NCBI GenBank assembly: GCA_945619025.1 | Contig: CALZBJ010000001.1 | Location: 1-40,000, forward strand | Source: an uncultured Ignatzschineria sp. | Lineage (GTDB): Bacteria; Pseudomonadota; Gammaproteobacteria; Cardiobacteriales; Wohlfahrtiimonadaceae | Direction of reading: 5' to 3' | Length of the DNA stretch: 40,000 bases | Shown here: positions 22,439 through 31,133 of the stretch, one piece after another | Position numbering within the stretch: position 1 is the first letter of the stretch | Layout: each line of letters opens with the position of its first letter | The notes under the pieces: model-generated | Databases searched by the model: none | The model's input: only the letters and a program-made list of their open reading frames with translations | What the model was told of the DNA's origin: nothing | Position numbers and translations under genes: made by a program

Positions 22439-22705
22439 ATGTTCGGCGAAAAACTATTTAACCGCGTGATTAGCTCACTCAACAGCGAGCAGATCGCAAA
22501 AATGCAACGTTTAATCATTGTCCGCAGTGTGCATCTAGCTCAAACGCTAAGCGCTGAAATGCTCGAAGCTAAACGCCTACACCATGCGAAACGCGCCATG
22601 CGTCCGTTTACTAGCAAGGCCTCAATTATCGAAAACACCGTTTGGGCATCAGCGGCGGATCGCGCGCTTGCTGTGAAAGAGAGAGCGGAGGAGGTAGCGG
22701 CATGA
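22439..22705 (+). CDS. Hypothetical small protein
   Basis: Start reset to MFGEKL (AGGAG SD). 88 aa. In the operon. Confidence 0.5.
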   Translation: MFGEKLFNRVISSLNSEQIAKMQRLIIVRSVHLAQTLSAEMLEAKRLHHAKRAMRPFTSKASIIENTVWASAADRALAVKERAEEVAA

Positions 22706-22914
22706 TTAATAGCACGCGCAAAATCTCAAGCAACTCGACAATATTCTTAATTAAAAAATCGACTGGCGAGCATGTCGTATCAGTCGAGTATGAATCCGAC
22801 AATCTATCCCTTTCGTTATGTCGTACTTTTAGCTCACGCAATGCAGCAAACGACTTTTATGCAAAGATTGACGCGCAAACAGAGCAACGTTTTTTACAGC
22901 TGATTTTCAATTAA
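22702..22914 (+). CDS. Hypothetical small protein
   Basis: ATGA overlap with the upstream stop. 70 aa (MINSTRKISS...). Confidence 0.5.
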   Translation: MINSTRKISSNSTIFLIKKSTGEHVVSVEYESDNLSLSLCRTFSSRNAANDFYAKIDAQTEQRFLQLIFN

Positions 22915-22966
22915 GGACAGCCACCATAGCGCAGGGACGCGCACTTTTATTTAAGAGGCAATCAAC

Positions 22967-23149
22967 ATGGCTAAATATCTACTAACCGTCACCGAGGTGG
23001 CAACCAAACACATCATAGTTGAGGCGAACTCAACTGCTGAAGCTAAAGAGATCTATCTTGAAAGCGATGGGGCAGATAATTTTGAAGAGCGCCACGGGCT
23101 TGGTGGCGGTATAAACGAACAAGAAGTCCGCGACGCGGAGGAGCTATAA
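22967..23149 (+). CDS. Hypothetical small acidic protein
   Basis: 60 aa. AAGAGG SD. Confidence 0.5.
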   Translation: MAKYLLTVTEVATKHIIVEANSTAEAKEIYLESDGADNFEERHGLGGGINEQEVRDAEEL

Positions 23150-23371
23150 ATGGCAAATAACGAAGGTTTAATTATTTCAACACACGAGAGTCCACGCAGA
23201 TTTGTATTAAGAAAGCGTGTTGGTAATTTTGACGATGGAACACTAAAAGGCACGCTGATGACGACAGTAAGTGGCGCGCCCATCATTGAATTTGAGAACG
23301 GCAACACAGTGGCCTTTCCATGGGAATGGCTTATAAATGAGGCATTTGAAGTATTGGAGAACAAGCAATGA
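23150..23371 (+). CDS. Hypothetical small protein
   Basis: 73 aa. The ATG directly abuts the upstream TAA. Confidence 0.5.
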   Translation: MANNEGLIISTHESPRRFVLRKRVGNFDDGTLKGTLMTTVSGAPIIEFENGNTVAFPWEWLINEAFEVLENKQ

Positions 23372-23580
23372 GCAAATACAGAGCGGGCGTTCAAGTCCAC
23401 TTCACCTATTTCAACGGCTATATCGACGCTTTCAAAGTTGTCGGGAAAGAGATGTGGATTGGAGAACAAAGATATTTTTTAGAAGATGATGGAAACCCCG
23501 AGCACTACTCAATCAAAGAGAGCCAACTAAAACTAGCAAATGAGTTTGCAAAAATCGGATTTGAAGCGGAGGCAGAATAA
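23368..23580 (+). CDS. Hypothetical small protein
   Basis: 70 aa. ATGA overlap upstream and TAATG overlap with ssb. Confidence 0.5.
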   Translation: MSKYRAGVQVHFTYFNGYIDAFKVVGKEMWIGEQRYFLEDDGNPEHYSIKESQLKLANEFAKIGFEAEAE

Positions 23581-24056
23581 TGGCGCGTGGTATTAACAAA
23601 GCAATCATTCTTGGCAATCTTGGCCAAGACCCGACCATTCGATACACCGCAGGTGGTGCTGCAGTGACGAGCTTTTCAATTGCAACATCCGAGACTTGGA
23701 AAGACAAAAACACGGGAGAGCCCCAAGAGCGCACCGAATGGCATAACGTAGTATTTTTTGGAAAGCTTGCGGAAATCGCCGGCCAATACTTAAAGAAAGG
23801 CTCGAAAATCTATATCGAGGGCAAGCTCCAGACGCGCAAGTGGCAGGATAAAAACGGCATTGACCGTTACTCAACTGAGATTATCGCCCACGAATTGCAA
23901 ATGTTAGGTGGTCCTCAACGCGATCAGTATTCAAATGACGATCGGCCAGACCATGGTCGCGAACCACAGCCTCAAGTAAATGACGGCACACAATATGAAA
24001 ATGCATTCAATTCAATGCCAGACCCGAACACTATCGATGAAGAAATTCCATTTTAA
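23580..24056 (+). CDS. ssb: Single-stranded DNA-binding protein
   Basis: 158 aa. [69 protein letters not shown]. Acidic tip DEEIPF. Confidence 0.9.
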   Translation: MARGINKAIILGNLGQDPTIRYTAGGAAVTSFSIATSETWKDKNTGEPQERTEWHNVVFFGKLAEIAGQYLKKGSKIYIEGKLQTRKWQDKNGIDRYSTEIIAHELQMLGGPQRDQYSNDDRPDHGREPQPQVNDGTQYENAFNSMPDPNTIDEEIPF

Positions 24057-24067
24057 GGAGAGTAAAA

Positions 24068-24451
24068 ATGAGTGCAATCCAACTTATCTCTGAATTGGTA
24101 AAACAAGACCAAATTGAACGGACAAATAATAAAGAATTATTAGAGCAGATTTTAAATAAACTACTCATCTTTGAAAGCTCTATCAAAACCAAAAACAAAT
24201 ACATGATCGGCTATTACGATATAAATGATCTTATAAAGCTACTTAACATTAGCGCGCCAACAATTTATAAGGAAATAAGAGCCAATACCTTCCCCAAGCA
24301 AGTTCGGATTGGCGCACGATCATCTGTATGGTGTCGAAATGAAATCGCTGCCTGGATAGAAATTAATACAAATTTAGGCAGAGAATATATAGAAAATTGT
24401 GGCTGGACTAATATTTATACGGATAGATATGGCTCTAAAAATAAAAAATAA
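24068..24451 (+). CDS. AlpA-family DNA-binding protein (excisionase/regulator-like) with an N-terminal extension
   Basis: 127 aa. LLNISAPTIYKEIRANTFPKQVRIGARSSVWCRNEIAAWIE is the Phage_AlpA pattern. AAGGAG SD. Confidence 0.7.
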   Translation: MSAIQLISELVKQDQIERTNNKELLEQILNKLLIFESSIKTKNKYMIGYYDINDLIKLLNISAPTIYKEIRANTFPKQVRIGARSSVWCRNEIAAWIEINTNLGREYIENCGWTNIYTDRYGSKNKK

Positions 24452-24473
24452 ATGGTACGTAAAATGGTACGTA
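24450..24473. repeat. Perfect tandem 12-bp repeat AAATGGTACGTA x2 at the prophage end
   Basis: Copies at 24450-24461 and 24462-24473, directly after the AlpA-like stop and 55 bp from the tRNA 3' end. Confidence 0.85.
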
Positions 24474-24488
24474 CATTTTCTACAGACC

Positions 24489-24516
24489 ACAGAAAAGCCC
24501 TTGAAATCAAGGGCTT
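24489..24516 (-). terminator. Intrinsic terminator downstream of tRNA-Met
   Basis: Minus strand AAGCCCTTG-ATTT-CAAGGGCTT followed by TTCTG. Confidence 0.65.
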
Positions 24517-24528
24517 CCGAGTTTTAAC

Positions 24529-24605
24529 TGGTGGACATAGGTAGATTCGAACTACCGACCCCAACATTATGAGTGTTGTGCTCTAACCAACTGAGCTATA
24601 TGTCC
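24529..24605 (-). tRNA. tRNA-Met (anticodon CAU), elongator type
   Basis: Reverse complement: GGACATATAGCTCAGTTGGTTAGAGCACAACACTCATAATGTTGGGGTCGGTAGTTCGAATCTACCTATGTCCACCA. 77 nt with a full cloverleaf, G1-C72 and encoded CCA. The D and anticodon arms are close to E. coli metT as remembered. tRNA-Ile2 (k2C) is not formally excluded. Confidence 0.9.
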
Positions 24606-24620
24606 GTTGAACTGATGTGT

Positions 24621-24649
24621 ATTCTAGGGGGTAATGCCTTTTCTGTCAA
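24621..24649 (-). promoter_or_regulatory. tRNA-Met promoter
   Basis: Minus strand TTGACA (24649-24644), 17 nt spacer, TAGAAT (24626-24621). An A-rich UP-like tract lies upstream. Confidence 0.6.
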
Positions 24650-24975
24650 ACTTTTTTTACCATATGATTACAAGTTGAGCATTTATCTCTTTTGGTGCAG
24701 ATAACTGATTGTTTTAATACAATCTAACGATATCTATGGCGCGGTTATTTAGATGTTATTTGCGTGAGATTAATAAAAGTTTAATAAAAAACTGCCCGAG
24801 GTTGGTGAACATTTATTCAAAATGAAGCGAAGTTTTCTTTTACTCCATTTTTCGTCTCCCCCGCCTCTAAAATTGAGGGTTTTCCATCGCCCTCTTGTTA
24901 CTTTGATGGGTTAGTGCTAAAACTATTTGTATAACAATAAATATCAAACGCATCGAGCATGCGTGAGGAGTGATA

Positions 24976-25509
24976 ATGAATAACACTATTTTTGTACTCG
25001 TCGATGTCCAGGAGCGACTTGCGAATGTGATCGACCAAAATGAAACGATTATTCGTGAAACCCACCGACTGATTTCGGGCTTAAAAACCCTCGAGATTCC
25101 CATTTTGTGGCTCGAACAATATCCAAAAGGATTGGGGCCAACCTGTGAGCCGTTAAAAAGTGAGCTGACGGGTTATTGTCAGCCGATTGAAAAGCGTGAA
25201 TTTAGTGGCTATCTACAACCTGCCTTTGTTGAAGCGCTCGAAAAAAGTGGCCGTAAACGCGTCATTGTTGCGGGCATGGAATCACATGTATGCGTCTATC
25301 AAACGGTGAAAGATCTCTTAAAAGAGGGGTATCGCGTTGAAGTTGTCGCCGACTGCATTGGCTCACGCACGGCGGAAAATCGTAAAATTGGCATCAAAAA
25401 AATGATGGCACTCGGCGCGCAGATCACCTCGGTCGAGACGCTATTATTTGAATTATTAGAAACCTCTCTGCATCCAAAATTTAGAGAGATTAGCAACCTG
25501 ATTAAATAG
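24976..25509 (+). CDS. Isochorismatase-family hydrolase
   Basis: IFVLVDVQE...VIVAGMESHVCVYQTVKDLL..GY.V.VV.DC..S fits the family. GAGGAG SD favours ATG 24976 over the track start at 24970. Confidence 0.75.
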   Translation: MNNTIFVLVDVQERLANVIDQNETIIRETHRLISGLKTLEIPILWLEQYPKGLGPTCEPLKSELTGYCQPIEKREFSGYLQPAFVEALEKSGRKRVIVAGMESHVCVYQTVKDLLKEGYRVEVVADCIGSRTAENRKIGIKKMMALGAQITSVETLLFELLETSLHPKFREISNLIK

Positions 25510-25527
25510 GAAGGAACAGATAAAATC

Positions 25528-26565
25528 ATGATCAAAGTAGGAATTATTGGCGTTACGGGCTATGCGGGCATTCAGCTTCTATGGCTACTTGAGAACCACC
25601 CGAATGTCGAGGTCACGATGCTTGCGTCGCGCTCTTATGAGGGCATGGATCTTGCAGAAGTGTATCCAAATTTTCAGGGTCGACGACGCCAAATCCTACT
25701 CTCTGATGATGCGCTGATGAGCCGTATTGATGAGCTCGATTGCCTGTTTATGGCGCTCCCTCACGGACTTTCACAACCTCTTGCGCAAAAGGCGCACGAT
25801 CACAATATCAAAGTGATCGATCTTGGGGCGGATTTCCGCTTTGATGATCTTGAAACTTACGAGAAATGGTATAAGGTTAAACACGAATCAAAAATGCTTA
25901 ATGATCGAGCGGTGTACGGGCTTTGCGAGCTCTATCGAGAAGAGATTAAAAAGACCGATATTGTCGCCTCACCGGGCTGCTTTCCGACCTCCGCAATTTT
26001 GGGCGCAGCGCCTCTTTTAAACGCGAAACTGGTTAATCCGAAAACCATTATTGTCGATTCCAAATCAGGCACAACGGGGGCCGGTCGAGGCAATAAAACT
26101 GCCTCACTATTTTGCGAAGTCAATGAGAGTTTTAAAGCGTACGGCGTCTTTTCGCATCGCCATCGCCCCGAGATTGAGCAAGAGCTCTCGCATGTCGCCG
26201 ATGAGTCTGTCGAGATCGTCTTTACGCCCCACCTTATTCCGATTAATCGTGGGATTTTATCCACCATCTATCTCGATCTAAACACCCCTCAAACCGAAGC
26301 TGATCTATTAAAACTCTATCAAGATTTTTATCAAGGGGAAGCCTTTGTACGCGTCCGTGAATCATTACCGGAATTGAGCCACGTGAAAGGGACAAACTTT
26401 TGCGATATCGCCATTCGCGTTGATGAAGAGCGACAAAAAGTGATCGTTATTTCCGCGATCGACAATCTCATCAAAGGTGCTGCCGGCCAAGCGGTTCAGA
26501 GCATGAACATTATGCATGGATTTGATGAAACCCTCGGACTGAAACTGACATCGATGTATATTTAA
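25528..26565 (+). CDS. argC: N-acetyl-gamma-glutamyl-phosphate reductase
   Basis: 345 aa. KVGIIGVTGYAGIQLLWLLENHP, active-site context SPGCFPTSAILGAAPL, and C-terminal DNLIKGAAGQAVQ.MN. Confidence 0.9.
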   Translation: MIKVGIIGVTGYAGIQLLWLLENHPNVEVTMLASRSYEGMDLAEVYPNFQGRRRQILLSDDALMSRIDELDCLFMALPHGLSQPLAQKAHDHNIKVIDLGADFRFDDLETYEKWYKVKHESKMLNDRAVYGLCELYREEIKKTDIVASPGCFPTSAILGAAPLLNAKLVNPKTIIVDSKSGTTGAGRGNKTASLFCEVNESFKAYGVFSHRHRPEIEQELSHVADESVEIVFTPHLIPINRGILSTIYLDLNTPQTEADLLKLYQDFYQGEAFVRVRESLPELSHVKGTNFCDIAIRVDEERQKVIVISAIDNLIKGAAGQAVQSMNIMHGFDETLGLKLTSMYI

Positions 26566-26598
26566 TCACTCAATATAAAATCGAAACGATAATGAATC

Positions 26599-26624
26599 GC
26601 CTGCAGAAAAATGCAGGCTTTTTT
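26599..26624 (+). terminator. argC terminator
   Basis: GCCTGCA-GAAAAA-TGCAGGC followed by TTTTTT. Confidence 0.75.
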
Positions 26625-27297
26625 ATGGCTTTAATACATCCATCAGGCGAAGTGTTTCCGATTGACTCTTAAGCTCCTCATCTTTTTCGATAATTAAGAG
26701 GTCAATACTGCGGACTTTTTTACGCATTTGGTGCAGCCCACTAAAGATATAATCAAACGCCAAAAGGCATTTTCGATTGCTCGGACTCTCGGCAAAAAAT
26801 GCACTGTGCATGCGTTTACTGCCGGAAAAAAGGGAATACTTATATTCCCTCTTCTCAAAAACCGTGCCGATTCTCCAATACAATAATGTCTCAATATACT
26901 CATAATGCCGATGGTATTTATGATAGATTTTCCGTGCTTTCGCCTTCCGTGAAGCGACCTCAACTTGAAGCCATTGACTCCGCTGTCGACGTGAATAAAA
27001 TTCATTATCTAAATGACTTTCGTAAAAATCGCCCACCTCAGTCATCAGACGATTTAATGACTCATTTACCCGCATCAACGCGACATAATTGCCGAGTAAC
27101 GACTCATGATTATGGCTCGATAGTTGGGTAAAAAAGTCAGCTCCCACGCGCCCAATCTCAACTTCCACCGCTTCCAATCCACTCTTAAACACCTCGAGCC
27201 CCGCGGGGATTTGGGCACGATCTTTAAACTGAATGTAATGATTACATTCGCTATCAATGTAGGGATTAATCTCTGCTTGGCTCTTCTTAGATCTCAT
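26623..27297 (-). CDS. Hypothetical protein (224 aa), no recognised domain
   Basis: Long ORF with ordinary composition. No motif I can name. Confidence 0.5.
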   Translation of the reverse strand: MRSKKSQAEINPYIDSECNHYIQFKDRAQIPAGLEVFKSGLEAVEVEIGRVGADFFTQLSSHNHESLLGNYVALMRVNESLNRLMTEVGDFYESHLDNEFYSRRQRSQWLQVEVASRKAKARKIYHKYHRHYEYIETLLYWRIGTVFEKREYKYSLFSGSKRMHSAFFAESPSNRKCLLAFDYIFSGLHQMRKKVRSIDLLIIEKDEELKSQSETLRLMDVLKP

Positions 27298-27388
27298 AAA
27301 TCATTGATCATCCTTGATTAAAAATCAATCATATAAATGGGTATATCGCGCGCCTTCATCAAAAAAATCGGCACCGATTTAACTTCGG

Positions 27389-27625
27389 TTAATCCCAGAG
27401 TTTGTTACTTTGTAAAGCATCCATCTTCGCAAGTAACGTCGTCGCATCGGCTTGGACTTTCTTCTTAAAAGCGGTAAATTCCGCAAGCGTTGAGTGCGTA
27501 TTTGAGAGCGAATAACTCTCTGCTAAACAGCTGTGCGCATAGTGACGCATCTGATTAATCACCTCTAACACCAAATCTTTACAGACATCATCCATTAAAG
27601 TTTTTTCTTCGTGACAAAATGACAT
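27389..27625 (-). CDS. Hypothetical small helical protein
   Basis: Start reset to MSFCHEEK (GGAGG SD 6 nt upstream). 78 aa. Confidence 0.45.
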   Translation of the reverse strand: MSFCHEEKTLMDDVCKDLVLEVINQMRHYAHSCLAESYSLSNTHSTLAEFTAFKKKVQADATTLLAKMDALQSNKLWD

Positions 27626-27944
27626 ATACCCCTCCATTTATTTGTTGATAGATACAGTACTTACAGTTATATGCAAAACTTTACATATACGAAGCGGATA
27701 GATTGTCGATGAAACAAGAACAATTGTCAATAAAGTTTTCCTTCTAAATCAACAGGTTAGATATTAGATAGCCGTTCGATTATTGCTAGCCGTAGAAAAG
27801 TAGGCTTTTAGAGGGCTTAACTCATTAATAAACCACGCTATTAACCTTTTTTGGGACTGTCTATTATTCAATCATAAATTTTTAGAGTGATTGATAAAAA
27901 TTTTAAATAAGCTGATTTTTCGACTTTTTCAATGCGCGAGCAAC

Positions 27945-27967
27945 AAAAAAGGAGAGCGTTGCCCTCC
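27945..27967 (-). terminator. Terminator of the RND operon
   Basis: Minus strand GGAGGG-CAACG-CUCUCC followed by UUUUUU. The G.U pair is valid only on the minus strand. Confidence 0.65.
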
Positions 27968-28010
27968 TTTTTTTAATGTCACTTTAATTTTATCTATGTT
28001 GTCCGCTCTA

Positions 28011-31000
28011 CTAAGATGCACTCACCGCTTGCGCTTCAGCACTTCCCTCAGCAGGATCGATCTCATACTCTGAAAAATCGATGCGTTTGTGACGATTGAT
28101 AATCATATAGACCACCGGCACCACAAAGAGCGTGAGAAGTGTTCCGAGTGTAAGCCCACCGACGATGACCCAGCCGATCGCTTCGCGGGATTCAGCGCCC
28201 GCGCCCGTTGCAAGCGCAAGCGGTAAGGAACCAAGCACCATCGCTCCCGTTGTCATTAAAATGGGGCGTAAACGAAGGGCCGCCGACTCTTTAATCGCCT
28301 CAAGTTTTGCCTTGCCTTCATCTTGCAATTGATTGGCAAATTCAACGATCAAAATCCCGTGTTTCGTAATCAGCCCGACAAGCGTCACAAGGCCAATCTG
28401 ACTGTAGATATTGAGCGAATTCCCCGTAATATAGAGCGCACCAAGAGCACCAAACCCAGCAAGAGGCACCGAGGTGAGAATAATAAAGGGGTCAATCCAC
28501 GACTCAAATTGCGCCGCTAATACAAGATAAATAAAGAGCACCGCAAGCCCAAACATCAGATACATCGACGAGCCAGAATCAATGAGCTCTCGCGCCGAAC
28601 CGGTGTAATCGAGCATCGCATCAGGCATCACCTCGCGGATCACCTCTTCAACCATCCGCAGGCCTTCTCCTTGCGATGTCCCCTCTTCTAAGTTCGCTGA
28701 AATGGTCACCGAACGCAGTTTGTTAAAGTGGCGCAATACCTGAGGCGCAATGGTCTCTTTAATGGTCGCAAACGTCGATAATGGCACCATCTCGCCACTC
28801 TTTGTGCGCACATAGATATCTTCCATATCCCGCGGTTTACTGCGCTTATCAGGATTTACTTGCACAAGGACATCATACTGCTCAGCCCCCTCTTTAAAAC
28901 GGGTAATATTACGGCCTCCAAGCGCTGTTTCAAGCGCCTTTCCGACGACATTAACATCAACACCAAGGAGCGCAAGCTTTTCACGATCCACCGACACTTC
29001 AAGCTGTGGCGTATTCATACGAAGATCGTTATCGGGCGTAACAAGCTCGGGCATCTGATTTAGACGCGCCATAATTTTATTGACCTTTTGGTCGAGCACT
29101 TCAAAGGATTCATTCGATCGAATGACAATCTCGACCTCTTTTGAGCGCCCATCTTGCCCAAGCGATTGTTGGTTACTTGCAAAGACGCGAAGCCCAAGCG
29201 CGACATCGCGAAACTCGCGGTTTAGTCGGCTCACCATCGCCATCTGCGATTCTTTACGCTCGTCCCAATCTTTAAGCGTCACCGAACCAAATCCACCCGA
29301 TGCAACGCCCGACACCACAAAGACATTTTCCGCCTCAGGTTCATTAATTAAGAGATCTTCCACCTCGTTTAAATAACGGTCAGTAAAATCCACCGTCGCG
29401 CCATCAGGCGAGATCGCCGCGATACGAATATTCCCGCGATCTTCAATCGGTGACAACGCTTGAGGAAGGAGATTAAAGAGCCCGTACGTTCCTGATAATA
29501 CGAGAACCATCACGATCACAATCACGCTTTTCACCTTCAGAACTTTCGCAAGCAGGCCTTCATAGAGATGATTAATCCCTGTTAAAAAACGCTCGATCAG
29601 CGACGAGAGTTTCCCCTGTTTATGGGACGGTTTTAACAGGCGCGAGCACATCATCGGCGAGAGCGTCAGCGCAGTAAAACCTGAAATCATCACAGCCAGC
29701 GCAAGCGTCATGGCAAACTCAACAAAAAGTTGCCCAATTCGCCCCTCTGAAAAAGTGAGCGGTAAAAAGACCGCCGCAAGCGTAATCGTCATCGCGATAA
29801 TGGCAAAGCCGATCTCTTTTGAGCCCACAAAAGCAGCGCGAATCGGATGCATTCCCGCTTCAATATGCCGGTGAATATTTTCAAGCATTACAATCGCATC
29901 ATCGACCACAAGCCCAATCGCCAGCACAAACGCCAGCATCGTCAGCGTATTGATCGAGTAACCGAGCACATACATTAAAAAGAGCGTTCCAACCAGTGCA
30001 ATCGGCACCGTGACCATCGGAATAATGGTCGCCCGTGCATCGCGGAGGAAAAAGAAGATAATAATTCCGACAAAAATCAGCGCTTCTACAATGGTTTGAT
30101 AGACTGATTTAAGCGATTTATTGATAAAGACGGAGTTATCTGAGCTAATTCCAAGCTCCACCGAGTCATCTAAACTTGCTTGAAGCGCCGGTAATACGCG
30201 CCGTACCTCGCTCGAAAGAGTTAAAGGATTCGCCACCGATTGCTTAATAATCGCAATCCCAACGCCCTGCTTTCCATTCATGCGCGGTTTTGTGGTCTCT
30301 TCCACCCCGCCAAGCTCGACATTTGCCACATCACGAAGGCGTACAATATGCTGGTTTACATTGGAATTCTCCGGTTTTGTCGTTTTAATGACGACATCGC
30401 CAAATTCCTCTTCACTGTTTAAATCGGTCCGCGCGACGACTGAAAATTCTTGCGTAGAGCTCTTCACTGTTCCCGCAGGGATCTCGACGTTTTGAGTTCG
30501 AAGCGCCGATTCGATATCGGCCACTGTTATCTCAAAGGCCGCCATTTTTTGGGTATCGAGCCAGACGCGCATCACCGGCTGACGCTCCCCCCAAATGGTA
30601 ATGCTCGACACGCCCTCAAGGAGTTCAAGCTGCGGTTTTATCGCAAGCTCCACCATTTTAGTGAGCTCAATAGCACTATGATTATCACTTGAAAGCGTGA
30701 GCACCATCACGGGATCAGCATCGGAATCACTTTTGCTGATAATCGGCTCATCAACCTCATCGGGCAGCATACGTTTCGCGCGGGAAACTCGGTCGCGCAC
30801 GTCATTAGCCGCCTCTTCAATGTTTTTATTAGGTTTAAAGGTGATATTAACGTTGGAAAACCCGCGACGCGACATCGAGGTAATATAATCGATTCCTTCA
30901 ATGCTCGTGACCGCATCTTCCACCGCTTTTGTCACCTGAGTTTCGATAATCTCAGGGCTAGCACCGGAATAACTGGTGCGAACGCTAATAATCGGCACAT

Positions 31001-31121
31001 CAATATCGGGATATTCGCGAATGCTTAAACGATCGAGCGCAATCATGCCGAGTAAAATCAGCACAATATTGATCACAATCGCAAAGACCGGGCGACGAAT
31101 CGAGACTTCAGATAACATCAT
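28011..31121 (-). CDS. RND efflux transporter permease (AcrB/MdtB-like)
   Basis: 1036 aa. N-terminus SEVSIRRPVFAIVINIVLILLG. A 12-TM RND pattern with two large periplasmic loops. Confidence 0.9.
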   Translation of the reverse strand: MMLSEVSIRRPVFAIVINIVLILLGMIALDRLSIREYPDIDVPIISVRTSYSGASPEIIETQVTKAVEDAVTSIEGIDYITSMSRRGFSNVNITFKPNKNIEEAANDVRDRVSRAKRMLPDEVDEPIISKSDSDADPVMVLTLSSDNHSAIELTKMVELAIKPQLELLEGVSSITIWGERQPVMRVWLDTQKMAAFEITVADIESALRTQNVEIPAGTVKSSTQEFSVVARTDLNSEEEFGDVVIKTTKPENSNVNQHIVRLRDVANVELGGVEETTKPRMNGKQGVGIAIIKQSVANPLTLSSEVRRVLPALQASLDDSVELGISSDNSVFINKSLKSVYQTIVEALIFVGIIIFFFLRDARATIIPMVTVPIALVGTLFLMYVLGYSINTLTMLAFVLAIGLVVDDAIVMLENIHRHIEAGMHPIRAAFVGSKEIGFAIIAMTITLAAVFLPLTFSEGRIGQLFVEFAMTLALAVMISGFTALTLSPMMCSRLLKPSHKQGKLSSLIERFLTGINHLYEGLLAKVLKVKSVIVIVMVLVLSGTYGLFNLLPQALSPIEDRGNIRIAAISPDGATVDFTDRYLNEVEDLLINEPEAENVFVVSGVASGGFGSVTLKDWDERKESQMAMVSRLNREFRDVALGLRVFASNQQSLGQDGRSKEVEIVIRSNESFEVLDQKVNKIMARLNQMPELVTPDNDLRMNTPQLEVSVDREKLALLGVDVNVVGKALETALGGRNITRFKEGAEQYDVLVQVNPDKRSKPRDMEDIYVRTKSGEMVPLSTFATIKETIAPQVLRHFNKLRSVTISANLEEGTSQGEGLRMVEEVIREVMPDAMLDYTGSARELIDSGSSMYLMFGLAVLFIYLVLAAQFESWIDPFIILTSVPLAGFGALGALYITGNSLNIYSQIGLVTLVGLITKHGILIVEFANQLQDEGKAKLEAIKESAALRLRPILMTTGAMVLGSLPLALATGAGAESREAIGWVIVGGLTLGTLLTLFVVPVVYMIINRHKRIDFSEYEIDPAEGSAEAQAVSAS

Positions 31122-31133
31122 AATGGTAACTCC

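Noticed and set aside
23053-23734. 138-aa and 73-aa minus-strand ORFs inside the early-left operon and ssb.
   Set aside because: They are antisense to tightly coupled plus-strand genes, including an unmistakable SSB. They have no SDs and Ser/Pro-rich composition.
24816-24833. A possible ARG box (GTGAACATTTATTCAAAA) upstream of the isochorismatase-argC unit.
   Set aside because: It is a single half-convincing site about 140 bp from the start codon, with no adjacent second box. That is too weak to call without an ArgR motif scan.
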